Part shown: positions 38,986 to 49,335 of the stretch, in pieces
How the letters are laid out: each line of letters begins with the position of its first letter
How positions within the stretch are numbered: the first letter of the stretch is position 1
NCBI GenBank assembly: GCA_963809485.1
Contig: CAWEJX010000007.1
Span: 512,001 to 576,000, forward strand
Direction: 5' to 3'
Source: an uncultured Acidobacteriota bacterium
Lineage (GTDB): Bacteria; Acidobacteriota; UBA6911
DNA: 64,000 nucleotides
The notes under the pieces: generated by a model
Database searches by the model: none
What the model was told of the DNA's origin: nothing
What the model saw: the letters and a program-made list of their open reading frames with translations, nothing else
Position numbers and translations under genes: made by a program

Positions 38986-40962
38986 CTAACCGCTAACCGC
39001 TAATCTATCCGGCAACAAAGCAACAATAGCTCCAATCACCATTACGGCCGATCCGAACCATACCCAGAACACCAGAGGGTTCAAGTGCGCCGCTATTTCA
39101 TACTTCGAGTCCCGGGTCGTTCCGGCGAAAACCACATATAAGTCTTCCCTGGGCGTGCTGTGAAGCGCGACCGTCGTGGTCGACTGTTGATCGGCGGTTT
39201 TGAAGACCCGTTTTTCGGGCTTCAGCGTCCGGACCAGCTTCCCATCCCGGTATGCCTGCAGGATGACTCTCCCGAATTGATAATTCGGAGTCTGCCCTTC
39301 TTCAAATCCGGCCACCTTTATTGCGTAATCCCCTATTTTCAGCTCTTCGCCGGCCGAGAGCTGACGCGTGTCTTCGCGGTTGAAGGCATTGCCGGTGAGG
39401 CCCGCAAAAATCAATATCATCGAGAAATGCACGATATATCCGCCGTAGCGCCGCCTGTTTTTAAGCGTCAGATTCAAAAGCGCCGCAGGGAAGCTTTCAC
39501 CTCTGCTCTTCGAGCGGATGCGCGCGCCCCTGTAAAATTCCTCGATGATGGTCACAAGCACGAAAGCACACAAGCTCAGGCAGACAACCGTGTAAAAATT
39601 CCGAATTCCCCCGGCAAGAAGCCCGATGCATGTGGCGGCGGCGAACACAACAGGCCAGAGGAACGCCTTTTTAAGGCTCGCCGGAGACGTCCTGCGCCAC
39701 GCGAACAGCGGACCCACGCCGGTCAGGAAGAGAAGCAGAAGGCCGATGGGTATGTTGATGTTGTTGAAAAAAGGAGGCCCGACCGTGATCTGCGTCCCCT
39801 TGATCCATCGCGAAAGCACGGGAAACATTGTTCCCCAGAAAACCGCGAAGCAGGACACAATCAGGACCAGGTTGTTGAACAGGAATGCGCTTTCCCTCGA
39901 GAGGAAGGAATCGAGGCGCCGCTCGCTTTTCAGATACGCACGCCGGACGATGATGAGGCAAAGGCTCCCAAGCAGGACAAAGGTCATGTAGCCGATGAAA
40001 AATTTTCCCAGGTTCGAGCCAGCGAAGGCGTGGACGGAACTGACGATCCCGCTGCGGGTAATGAATGTGCCGAAGATGCCCAGCAGATACGTGAAGACAA
40101 CCAGGATCATGTTCCAGATTTTCAGCATCCCTCTTCGCTCCTGCACCACCACCGAATGCAGGAATGCCGTTCCCGCAAGCCAGGGCATCAGCGATGAGTT
40201 TTCGACCGGATCCCATGCCCAGTACCCCCCCCAGCCCAGTACGACATAAGCCCACTTTCCTCCCAGGACGATCCCGATCCCCAGCAGGAGCCACGTCAGG
40301 AGAGTCCAGCGGCGCGTGGTCCGTATCCAGGTATCCCCAAGCTGCCGGGTGATGAGCGCGGCGATAGCAAATGCGAAGGGAACCACAAAACCGATGAATC
40401 CGAGATACAGGATCGGCGGGTGGATCACCATCGCCCAGTATTGAAGCAGCGGATTCAGCCCCCTGCCGTCGGCGGGAACATAAGGCTGAAGAGTGCCGTC
40501 GGCAAAAACCTGCATCAGCTGGTCAAAAGGATTCGAGAGAAAAAGATTGAGACAGAGAAAGAAGGAAAGGTTGACCATCAGGACGGCCAGAACGTAGGGC
40601 ATCATGTCCCGGTACCTGGACCGGTTCTGATATAGAACCAGTGCGCAGAAGCAGGCAGTAAAAAAAACCCACAGGAGCATCGACCCGTCGTGACCGCCCC
40701 AGACCGCGGCAATTTTGTAAAAGATGGGCAGTTCTCGGCTGCTGTTATTGGCTGCATGGGAAACGGAAAAGTCATCTGCAAGCAGAACGTAAACCAATGC
40801 GAAAAGAGCGAGGGCAATGCTGCCCGCGGAGGCATAAGCCGCGCGCTCGGCGCTTCGCACCATGCGGTCCTGCTTTTGGGACGCTCCCAGGAGGGCGGCG
40901 AACAGCGCAAATAACGACAGACACAACGCGAAAAGTAGACAAAAGTCGCCAAAATTGGCCAT
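38986..40962 (-). CDS. ccmF: cytochrome c heme lyase CcmF
   Basis: GLNPLLQ, IHPP, WGGYWAWDPVEN, TRSGIVSSVHAF. Confidence 0.96.
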   Translation of the reverse strand: MANFGDFCLLFALCLSLFALFAALLGASQKQDRMVRSAERAAYASAGSIALALFALVYVLLADDFSVSHAANNSSRELPIFYKIAAVWGGHDGSMLLWVFFTACFCALVLYQNRSRYRDMMPYVLAVLMVNLSFFLCLNLFLSNPFDQLMQVFADGTLQPYVPADGRGLNPLLQYWAMVIHPPILYLGFIGFVVPFAFAIAALITRQLGDTWIRTTRRWTLLTWLLLGIGIVLGGKWAYVVLGWGGYWAWDPVENSSLMPWLAGTAFLHSVVVQERRGMLKIWNMILVVFTYLLGIFGTFITRSGIVSSVHAFAGSNLGKFFIGYMTFVLLGSLCLIIVRRAYLKSERRLDSFLSRESAFLFNNLVLIVSCFAVFWGTMFPVLSRWIKGTQITVGPPFFNNINIPIGLLLLFLTGVGPLFAWRRTSPASLKKAFLWPVVFAAATCIGLLAGGIRNFYTVVCLSLCAFVLVTIIEEFYRGARIRSKSRGESFPAALLNLTLKNRRRYGGYIVHFSMILIFAGLTGNAFNREDTRQLSAGEELKIGDYAIKVAGFEEGQTPNYQFGRVILQAYRDGKLVRTLKPEKRVFKTADQQSTTTVALHSTPREDLYVVFAGTTRDSKYEIAAHLNPLVFWVWFGSAVMVIGAIVALLPDRLAVSG

Positions 40963-41032
40963 GAACCCTACCTGCAGCTGAATTTTGGATCGGTATTTTC
41001 AGACTTCACGCCGAGCAAGCATCCATGGGCTG

Positions 41033-41446
41033 CTATTGTTGTGAGGAGCCTTTCTTTACGAATTCCGCTTCGTATTTGGATGCGCACTTCGCCTCGATTT
41101 GACGGGCCTGGAACACTCCGTCGGGTGCGACGTCCCCTTGCACCAGCGCTTTGGCGCCGTCCTTGAACGTGTCGGGAATCACATCTTTTCCTACATAGCG
41201 GACCCGGATGCTCTCTTTCTGGTCGCCAAGGGTGAACTCCATCTGGGGCTTGCCCCGGTCAATGGAGCCGTGTACCACCTCTCCGGCAATTTTTATGGTC
41301 TTTCCCTCGAGGTCCCCCTGCATGGTTCGGAATTCGTTGATGGTTATGTAGTAGGCTTTGCTTTCCTGAAATCCCACGAACCCCAGCCAAGCCAGGGCCG
41401 CAACAACCACCAGTCCGCCCACTATGAATTTCATCCGAGTGACCAT
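41033..41446 (-). CDS. ccmE: heme chaperone CcmE (CxxxY variant)
   Basis: N-terminal TM; YxGxxxPDTFK; AKCASKY in place of AKHDExY. Confidence 0.9.
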   Translation of the reverse strand: MVTRMKFIVGGLVVVAALAWLGFVGFQESKAYYITINEFRTMQGDLEGKTIKIAGEVVHGSIDRGKPQMEFTLGDQKESIRVRYVGKDVIPDTFKDGAKALVQGDVAPDGVFQARQIEAKCASKYEAEFVKKGSSQQ

Positions 41447-41707
41447 TCATCCCCCTGGGTTTACCCTCCCGGGCGCCCTCCGGAGTATACCATCGGGGGA
41501 TGGATTCGGCAAAAGAGGCAATCCCGCTTTTCGAATATGGTTTCTGTGTTTTTGTCAGCGTTCATCAAAGGTCTTACCGGCGTGCTTCGGCGCTATGACT
41601 TGCAGAGCCGCCAATAATATGCTTGCAACCAGATCCCATAAATGGCACAAAAGGCGGTATCCAAAAGAGAACAGGCTGGATTTTTTAACGATTCGGGGGA
41701 CATCAGA

Positions 41708-43291
41708 ATGTCACAAGCGCCTCATCAGGCAGCGAATTCTCCATACACCAAGAAGCAGGTCTGGATGGCGCTGGCGGCCGTCATACTGGCCTATTTTCTC
41801 TACAGCTACATCCTTCAAACCTGGAATGTCGCTGCGCCCAAGATAGCCGCCGACCTGAATGGCATGGCGCTGTATTCCTGGAGCGTTTCCATCCCTTCGC
41901 TGGGTCTGGCAATGGGAACGCTGCTGGCCGGCAAGTTTTCAGACATATTCGGGCGCCGGGCCATATTGATCGCATCCACAATAATCTCTCTGCTGAGTAC
42001 GGTTTTGTGCGCAATCAGCCCGACTTTCCTGGCTTTGATCGCCGCCCGCACACTCTTATGCCTGGGTATGGGTGCAATCGCTCCGCTCTGTTTCGCGGTG
42101 GTGGGCGATTTGTTCGTGGGAGGAGAACGGAGCAAATGGGTGGGATTGCTCAACATTCCATTTGCCATCCCTTCTCTGTTCGGCCCCACTCTGAGCGGAT
42201 GGATCGTGGATAAGCTGACCTGGCACCATATCTTCTGGTGGATCCTGCCGCTGATCTTTCTTTGCATCCTCATCGCCTACGGCATGCCCGCGCTGATCAT
42301 GAGCCGGGACCACAAAATCGACATTCTCGGCATCATCCTGGTTACGGTCGCCTCGTCCACGCTGATCTTCGGCCTCTCCTTTGCCGGAACAACCTATCCA
42401 TGGGGATCCGTACAGGTTCTCAGCCTGTTGGCCTTGTCTCTGATCACATGGATTTTCTTTTTGAGATACGAATCCAAAACGGAGGGGCCCATCCTGGATC
42501 CCGAAGTATTCAAGAACCGAACTTTTCTTACAGCTTCCGCCGCGGGATTCTTTTCCTTCTTCGGGATGATGGGAGTGACTCTTTATTACCCCCTTTTGAT
42601 GCAGGGTATTCAGGGCCTCAGCGCGATGACAAGCGGCCAGATCATCACGCCTTTTTCGGCGCTGATGGCTTTGGTAGGGATTCCCACAGGCTACATACTT
42701 GCACGGACGAAATCCTATAAATGGATGTATGTCGCCGGGTATGGCATGCTGACGGTCGTGATGGGGAGCATGATCTTTTTCGGCGCGAACACGCCCATTT
42801 TATGGGGAGTTATCGTCTCCATCCTGGGCGGCATTGGACAAGGCACCATCCCAACCCTGAATACTGTGGTGATACAGGCCGCTGTCCCCAGAAGGTTGCT
42901 GGGCATAGCCACCGGGGCGCTCTTTTTCAGCATCGCGATGGGCATGGCTATCGCGCCGGCTATACTCGGGTCGGCCATGAATACCAGGTACAACAGCGCG
43001 CTCCAGGCCACGCTTCCTTCCGAATTAAGCCGGATTGCGGATGAGGCCACCATGACGTCCCTGGGCAATCCGCGGGTTCTGCTATCCGAACCGGCAATGA
43101 AATCCCTTCAGGAGATCCTTCTCAAGAAAGACAACGGGGCGGCGCTTCTGGACCAGACCATTCGGGCTATCCGCACTTCCATGGAAGCGGGATTGAGGAT
43201 GGTATTTTTAATCGCCGCGCTGACCATGCTGCTGGCATTCCTTCTGATCGTGACGATACCTAAAGTCTCTCTGGATCCCGGCGAGGAATAA
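41708..43291 (+). CDS. MFS transporter (DHA2/14-TM type)
   Basis: GKFSDIFGRR motif A; GPTLSGWI; many TM helices. Confidence 0.9.
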   Translation: MSQAPHQAANSPYTKKQVWMALAAVILAYFLYSYILQTWNVAAPKIAADLNGMALYSWSVSIPSLGLAMGTLLAGKFSDIFGRRAILIASTIISLLSTVLCAISPTFLALIAARTLLCLGMGAIAPLCFAVVGDLFVGGERSKWVGLLNIPFAIPSLFGPTLSGWIVDKLTWHHIFWWILPLIFLCILIAYGMPALIMSRDHKIDILGIILVTVASSTLIFGLSFAGTTYPWGSVQVLSLLALSLITWIFFLRYESKTEGPILDPEVFKNRTFLTASAAGFFSFFGMMGVTLYYPLLMQGIQGLSAMTSGQIITPFSALMALVGIPTGYILARTKSYKWMYVAGYGMLTVVMGSMIFFGANTPILWGVIVSILGGIGQGTIPTLNTVVIQAAVPRRLLGIATGALFFSIAMGMAIAPAILGSAMNTRYNSALQATLPSELSRIADEATMTSLGNPRVLLSEPAMKSLQEILLKKDNGAALLDQTIRAIRTSMEAGLRMVFLIAALTMLLAFLLIVTIPKVSLDPGEE

Positions 43292-43319
43292 ACACCGGCG
43301 CCCGGGTTCCATAACCTGT

Positions 43320-43375
43320 AACGCTGACATACGCCGACAAAAATCTATATATATCTTTGTCAGTTTGTCAGCGTT
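43320..43375. repeat. 9-nt-period inverted repeat element between convergent genes
   Basis: AACGCTGACATACGCCGACAAA, then TATATATA, then TTTGTCAGTTTGTCAGCGTT. Confidence 0.7.
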
Positions 43376-43414
43376 GATTATTAAAGGTATGTCTGGCCGG
43401 GAGGTGGGCCGCAG

Positions 43415-44287
43415 CTACAGGGCACGCATATATTCAGGCCGCAGCAGATCGGGATCCTTCCTCTGGAGGACCTCCCGGATCAGTTGAAGAGCTTTTTCCT
43501 TTTCCCGTGGCATCCGAATTCGAAGGGGCAAGTAATTGGAGGCGTGGTTCGACGCGAAGAAGCAGTTGGTGAACTGGCAGTTGTCAATCATGGTTCCCAA
43601 CTCCCGTATCAGCTCGAAAGGCGTCGGAAGAACAAGCTTTCCGGTTCGCAGTTCTTCATGAATCGGCGTCCCGGGAACCACCATAAGCGAGAGCGCGCCG
43701 ACGTATTCAGGATCCATTTGGGAAAGCACTTTTCCCGTATCCTCGGCATGGGCCTGACTTAGCTCAACTCCCCCGATTCCCAGAAGCACGGTCACCGAGA
43801 GCAGGATTCCTGCCTCCCTGACCCGCTTTGCCGCCCGGATCATCTGCCCGGCGGTGGCGTTCTTTTTGATTCTCTTGAGAACCTCCGGATTGCCGGACTC
43901 AAGTCCCAGGTAAATGATTCCCAATCCTAGACTTTTCAGCTCTTTCAATTCCTCCGTGCTTTTCTTGAGGATATCCCCCGCATTTGCATAAATGCCGACC
44001 CGTTCAATTCCCCGGATCTTCAGTTTGAGATAGTTCAAAATCCGGACCAGATCCGGCTGGGGTATGATCAGCGCATCTCCATCCGCCAGGAAAACGCGTG
44101 GAATCGTCCCATAGCCGGATGCTTCGTCAATGTCTTCCTTGATTTCATCGAAAGACTTGATGCGAAAAGACTTCCCCTGGAAGGAATGACAAAAGGTGCA
44201 TCGATTATATGAACATCCCACCGCCACCTGAAGAATCAGGCTGTCGGCTTCACTGGGCGGCCTGTAAATCATTCCCTCGTACTTCAT
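43415..44287 (-). CDS. radical SAM protein
   Basis: YRPPSEA, CSYNRCTFC (CxxxCxxC), FLADGD, YLGLESG. Confidence 0.9.
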   Translation of the reverse strand: MKYEGMIYRPPSEADSLILQVAVGCSYNRCTFCHSFQGKSFRIKSFDEIKEDIDEASGYGTIPRVFLADGDALIIPQPDLVRILNYLKLKIRGIERVGIYANAGDILKKSTEELKELKSLGLGIIYLGLESGNPEVLKRIKKNATAGQMIRAAKRVREAGILLSVTVLLGIGGVELSQAHAEDTGKVLSQMDPEYVGALSLMVVPGTPIHEELRTGKLVLPTPFELIRELGTMIDNCQFTNCFFASNHASNYLPLRIRMPREKEKALQLIREVLQRKDPDLLRPEYMRAL

Positions 44288-44548
44288 GAGAATCTCCTTT
44301 GCGCAGTCTGCTGATCCTCAATAAAAATAGCACACGGTTCAATGGGGCAGGCAGGGAATCTATGCTAACCTTCCTGAAGGGTCCTAACAATGGATTTGCC
44401 TAAAGGTTTCACCCTCCAATTACGATAACCAGAATGCGACCTAATAGTGAGATAAGCTGTTCTGGCATCAGACTTTGGACTTCCAAAGGCCGCCTTCCGG
44501 AAGCATCGGGAAACCCGGTCCAGAGCCTGGCCCGCAGTGCAGGGGTAA

Positions 44549-46837
44549 ATGGATACTGAAGGCAAGCCCAAGAAGGTACTTGCAGAGGAATTGGAGTCTT
44601 TGCGTGAGGATATTGCGCACCTCCAGAGCCTGATCCTCCAGCATCCCGCAGAGGAAAAGCCTGCCGCAATTTCACCCGCTTCTCTTCAAATGGAAGGGAG
44701 TCATCTGCCGCCGAACCTGTTTGATGATTCGCCTCTCGGGATGGCTCTGGTGGACAGCCGGTTCCGAATCATGAAGGCCAACAGATCCTTTTGTCATATC
44801 CTGGACTGCACGGAGAGCGAGATCACTTCTTTGCATATCCCTGACATAGCCCGGGAACAGAATGCCTGCAGGCAGATGATCGGGCAGGTTCTCGATGGAG
44901 TTCTTCCCATCTCCAGGCTGGACGGAGAATTTCGAAAAAGAAACGGGGTAGATTTTTGGGTTCGCATTACGGCATCTGCTGTTCCCGGCAAAAACTGCTG
45001 CCTCATAACCCTGGAAGACATCAGCGCGCGAAAGTGGGCCGAGTCGGCGCTGCAGGCTGAGAAACAGCTGCTGGAGAGGCTCATCAACAGCAGCGTGGAC
45101 GGCATCCTGGCATTTGACCGCAACCTGGTCTTCACCATCTGGAATCCAGGCATGGAGAGGATTTTTGGCGTCAGTTCCAGTCAGACGCTGGGGAGGCCTG
45201 TTTTTAAAGCTTGCCCGTTTCTGCTGGAACTCGGCGAGGAAGCAAACTTTGCCGCTGCGCTCGGCGGTCAAAAAGTCATCTCGAGGGACAAGCGCTACCA
45301 GATTCCCGGAACCGGCAGGCAGGGATATTTCGAGGGCTACTATGGCCCCATGTATGACACGGGCGGCGGAGCAGTGATCGGCGGGCTGGCGATCATTCGC
45401 GATGTCACGGAAAGGAGACTGGCGGAAGAGGGCAAGCGCATCAGCGAGGAGCGTTACAGGGAATTGTTCGAAAACGCCTATGACATGGTGTACACCCACG
45501 ACCTCTCCGGGAAGATCACTTCCATAAACAAAGCCGCGGAGCGAATCACGGGGTATACACGGGCCGAAGCGCTCCAGATGCGCTTCACCCAGTTCGTCGC
45601 TCCGGAGTTCCGGCAGGCAGCGCACAGGATGATCGACCTTCAGCTTTCAGACCAGGCGCCGCTAACCCAGGAACTGGATATCCTCGCAAAGGACGGCAGC
45701 CGGCTGACGCTGGAGGTCAGCAACCGCCTGATTTTCCAGGAAGGGAAGCCGGTCGGGATCCAGGGCCTGGGCAGAGACATCACGGAGCGTAAAGGGACCG
45801 AAGAAGCTTTGCAGCAGGCCAACAAAAAGCTGGAAGCCTGGGTTCACGAACTCGAGCAGCGCACGCGTGAAATGACCCTGCTCAGCGAAATGGGCGATAT
45901 CCTGCGGGCCTGTCTTACCACGAAGGAAGTCTACGAGGTCATCGTCAGGGTTGCCCAGGAAATCTTTCCGCTCCAGGGGGGCGCGCTGTTTGTGCTTGGC
46001 CCGCTGCGGAATATCGTGGAAGCTGTCGCGGAGTGGGGCGACACTTCAAGAGTGGAACTCACGTTTTCGCCCGATGAGTGCTGGGCATTGCGCAGAGGCA
46101 GGGTCCATTGGGTGGAAGATACCCGCACCGGCCTGCTCTGCAAGCACCTTCACGCCCAGCCGCCTGCGGGATATTTGTGCGTTCCCATGATGGCGCAAAG
46201 CGAAGCCGTTGGCATCCTGCACCTGATTCAGCCGGATAATTCCCCGATGCCGGAGGCCAAGCTGCGCCTGGCCGTGGCCATGTCGGAACACGTTGCCATG
46301 GCGCTGTCCAATCTCAGGCTGCACGAGACGTTGCGCAACCAGTCCATCCGGGACCAGCTGACGGGACTGTTCAACCGGAGCTTCATGGAGGAATCCCTGG
46401 AGCTTGAACTGCGGCGCGCCGCCCGCAGTCAGCACCCCATCAGCGTGATCATGATGTCGTTGGACAACTTCCAGATGCTGAGCGACAGTTTCGGCCTGGA
46501 CATAGCGGATTCCGTCCTGCGCAGGACAGGGATGCTGCTGCAGGCCAATGTCCGCAAAGGAGACATCGCCTGCAGGTACAGCGGCCAGACCTATGTCGTG
46601 GTTCTTCCCAACAGCAATTGCGAAGTCAGCTTCAAAAGGGCGGAGATGCTGCGGGATCTGGCCCGGACTCTTGAGGTCAAATATCAGAGCGAACAGGTCG
46701 GTCACATTACGGCGTCGATCGGGTTAGCGGTTTTTCCGGACCACGGGCAGACCGTGGAAGCATTGCTCCGGTCGGCGGAGTCTGCCCTCAGCCGGGCCAA
46801 AGGCAGCGGAGGAGACTGCGCAATAGTCGCCATATGA
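44549..46837 (+). CDS. PAS(x3)-GAF-degenerate GGDEF protein (probably inactive, putative c-di-GMP receptor)
   Basis: PAS ends EDIS/RDVT/RDIT; GAF CWALRRG; DQLTGLFNR; RKGDIACRYSGQTY instead of GGDEF. Confidence 0.88.
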   Translation: MDTEGKPKKVLAEELESLREDIAHLQSLILQHPAEEKPAAISPASLQMEGSHLPPNLFDDSPLGMALVDSRFRIMKANRSFCHILDCTESEITSLHIPDIAREQNACRQMIGQVLDGVLPISRLDGEFRKRNGVDFWVRITASAVPGKNCCLITLEDISARKWAESALQAEKQLLERLINSSVDGILAFDRNLVFTIWNPGMERIFGVSSSQTLGRPVFKACPFLLELGEEANFAAALGGQKVISRDKRYQIPGTGRQGYFEGYYGPMYDTGGGAVIGGLAIIRDVTERRLAEEGKRISEERYRELFENAYDMVYTHDLSGKITSINKAAERITGYTRAEALQMRFTQFVAPEFRQAAHRMIDLQLSDQAPLTQELDILAKDGSRLTLEVSNRLIFQEGKPVGIQGLGRDITERKGTEEALQQANKKLEAWVHELEQRTREMTLLSEMGDILRACLTTKEVYEVIVRVAQEIFPLQGGALFVLGPLRNIVEAVAEWGDTSRVELTFSPDECWALRRGRVHWVEDTRTGLLCKHLHAQPPAGYLCVPMMAQSEAVGILHLIQPDNSPMPEAKLRLAVAMSEHVAMALSNLRLHETLRNQSIRDQLTGLFNRSFMEESLELELRRAARSQHPISVIMMSLDNFQMLSDSFGLDIADSVLRRTGMLLQANVRKGDIACRYSGQTYVVVLPNSNCEVSFKRAEMLRDLARTLEVKYQSEQVGHITASIGLAVFPDHGQTVEALLRSAESALSRAKGSGGDCAIVAI

Positions 46838-46905
46838 CACATGTTTCCGGTCCTGAGGGCCAAACAAATTGCTCCTTTAATGCTATAGCCCAAAGCCCAA
46901 AGAAG

Positions 46906-46973
46906 CTCGCGCGGAGACGCGGAGCCGGGACGGAATTGATGCCCGGCCTCCGCGAACTCCGCGGCTCCGAGTG
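46906..46973. repeat. inverted repeat CTCGCGCGGAGACGCGGAG...CTCCGCGGCTCCGAGTG
   Basis: Same family as 23228-23296. Confidence 0.65.
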
Positions 46974-47144
46974 CCACTTCGGCCATATGAACTTTTTGCT
47001 TGCGTTTTCGGGGATAAGGTCCAGAATTCTTGTTCGGGTATACCAGCGTCCCCCTTACCCAATACTTTTTTGCATCGGCTCCGCTTGAGAGGGGAAAGGT
47101 GTATTTCCCAGGCGATCGGCTGTCCTTGATGGATTTGTGTCGAA

Positions 47145-49334
47145 ATGGAAAGAAGACGGATCGACGACCAGTTCGGGCCTCTTTGGGACAAGCTGGCTGA
47201 TCTGAAGCGTATGGAGGCCGATCTGTCGGTCGCGGACGCTCCCGCTTCTCCGCCTGCCTCCCTGCAGCTTAAGGCTGAAATCGAAAATCGGCTCGGATTC
47301 TTTCCGCCTCTTTTTGCGCCGGCGCTCGATATACCGGCGCTGCTCGAGAGCTTCTGGCGCCAGCAGGCCGCTGCCTATTTCGATAATCCGCTCCCCGCGC
47401 GTTTCAAAGAGAAACTCTCTCTCAGGCTTGGCCGTTACTGCACGTTCCCGTATTTTGTCGTAACCCATGCATGCACGCTGCATCAGCTCGGACTGACGCC
47501 GCACGAAGTGAGGGACCTGGTGGAAAGGCCTGCCCTGACCTCCGCCGGCCTCGAGCAGTCTTTCGAAGTTCTTGGCCGGCTGCCGCAACCTCTGGACTCC
47601 TGGCCGGAAGACGACACGGCTTTCGAAGAAAGCCTCATAACCTGCGGTCTCGCAATTTTCCTTGGCCTGCCGGAATCGGGCCGATGCACCGCCCGCCTGA
47701 AGGATTTGCTCGGGTCTCCAAGGTACCAGTATCTTGCGGCCCTTCTTGCCGGTATCAAAGCATCCCATTTGTGGATCGAGGCTCATCCCGAGATAAATTG
47801 CCAGGACCACCCGGCGGTGCGCGAATGCTTCCTGCCCCTGGTCCAGGCCGAGCCCCTACTGGTGGATAGATTCCGCAACCGCAGCGAAATTGCCGGCCGG
47901 AGCCTTGGCGAAACGAACGTCCAAGAGGGGGGTTCGGAAGGCGAAGAGCGCTACCGGGAGCTGTTCGAAAATGCCAGCGATATCATATACTCGCACGACT
48001 TCGAAGGAAATTTGATATCGATCAACCGGGCCGTCGAACGGATCGCCGGATACACGCGGGCTGAGGCTCTCCAGATGAAGATTATGGATCCCATTGCGCC
48101 CGAATACGAGCACCTGGGCCGGAAAATGATTGATCCGCAGATAGCCGGCGAAGTCCCCTTCAGCTGCGAACTTGAGATATTTACCAAGGACAGGAACCGC
48201 GTGGCGCTGGGCATCAGCACGCGGCCCATGTTCCGCGGCGGAAAAGCCGTGGCGGTGCAGGGCATCGCGCGCGACATCACCCGGCGGAAAAAAACCGAGG
48301 CTGCGCTTCAGGAGGCCAATCAGAAACTTGAGGCCTGGGTGGACGAGCTCGAGCAGCGCACGCGCGAAATGACACTGCTCAATGAAATGGGAGACATTCT
48401 ACGCGCCTGTCTGACCATGGAAGAAGCCTACGGCGTCATCGTCCGGGTGGCGCAGCAGATTTTCCCCGTCCAGGTCGGCGCCCTTTACGTCATCGCCCCT
48501 TCGCGCAATCTCGTTGAAGCCGTTGCGGTATGGGGGGATTCTTCACTGGCGGAGCATTCCTTCCCGCCTCATGAATGCTGGGGATTGCGCCGGGGCCGCA
48601 CCCATTGGGTGGACAACTCGCAGTCCGGCCTGATCTGCCGGCATATCCATCATCCGTCGGAAGCCGGCTACCTGTGCATCCCCATGATGGCGCAAAGCGA
48701 AGCCCTCGGGGTTCTCCACCTCATGCAGCCCGACGGCATCAGGATGACTGAGACCAAACAGCGCATGGCCGTCACCATGTCCGAGCATATAGCGATGGCC
48801 CTTTCAAACCTGAGGCTGCACGAAACACTCCGCAGCCAGTCCATCCGCGATCCTTTGACGGGACTCTTCAACCGCAGGTTCATGGAGGAATCCCTGGAAC
48901 TGGAGATACGAAGGGCTGCGCGCAACCAGCGGCCTCTGGGAATGATCATGATCGACCTCGATTACTTCAAATACTTCAACGATAACTTCGGCCATGAAGC
49001 CGGCGATCAGCTGCTGAAGGAACTCGGAGCCCTGCTCAAGGGGAATATACGGGGCGAGGATATTGCCTGCCGCTACGGCGGGGAAGAGTTCACCTTGATT
49101 CTGCCGGAAGGCACGGGCGCCGTCACCCTGCAGCGCGCCGAATTTTTCAGGGACTCCATCCAGCGCCTCGACGTCCATCACCGCGGCCATCCGCTCGGCA
49201 AAATTACCGCTTCCATGGGAGTCGCCGTATTTCCGGATCACGGCCGGACCGCCGAAGCCCTGATCGAGGCGGCCGACAAAGCCCTGTACCGCAGCAAAGC
49301 CGCCGGCCGCGACTGCGTGACCCTCGCCGAGTAA
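47145..49334 (+). CDS. diguanylate cyclase with AhpD/CMD-like N-terminal domain, PAS and GAF
   Basis: DPLTGLFNRR, IDLDYFKYFNDNFGH, RGEDIACRYGGEEF. Confidence 0.93.
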   Translation: MERRRIDDQFGPLWDKLADLKRMEADLSVADAPASPPASLQLKAEIENRLGFFPPLFAPALDIPALLESFWRQQAAAYFDNPLPARFKEKLSLRLGRYCTFPYFVVTHACTLHQLGLTPHEVRDLVERPALTSAGLEQSFEVLGRLPQPLDSWPEDDTAFEESLITCGLAIFLGLPESGRCTARLKDLLGSPRYQYLAALLAGIKASHLWIEAHPEINCQDHPAVRECFLPLVQAEPLLVDRFRNRSEIAGRSLGETNVQEGGSEGEERYRELFENASDIIYSHDFEGNLISINRAVERIAGYTRAEALQMKIMDPIAPEYEHLGRKMIDPQIAGEVPFSCELEIFTKDRNRVALGISTRPMFRGGKAVAVQGIARDITRRKKTEAALQEANQKLEAWVDELEQRTREMTLLNEMGDILRACLTMEEAYGVIVRVAQQIFPVQVGALYVIAPSRNLVEAVAVWGDSSLAEHSFPPHECWGLRRGRTHWVDNSQSGLICRHIHHPSEAGYLCIPMMAQSEALGVLHLMQPDGIRMTETKQRMAVTMSEHIAMALSNLRLHETLRSQSIRDPLTGLFNRRFMEESLELEIRRAARNQRPLGMIMIDLDYFKYFNDNFGHEAGDQLLKELGALLKGNIRGEDIACRYGGEEFTLILPEGTGAVTLQRAEFFRDSIQRLDVHHRGHPLGKITASMGVAVFPDHGRTAEALIEAADKALYRSKAAGRDCVTLAE

Positions 49335-49335
49335 T

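Noticed and set aside
44290-44548. c-di-GMP riboswitch or sigma54 promoter upstream of the GGDEF pair
   Set aside because: No GEMM consensus was recognised, and TGGCAT...TTTGG has wrong -12 spacing and sequence.
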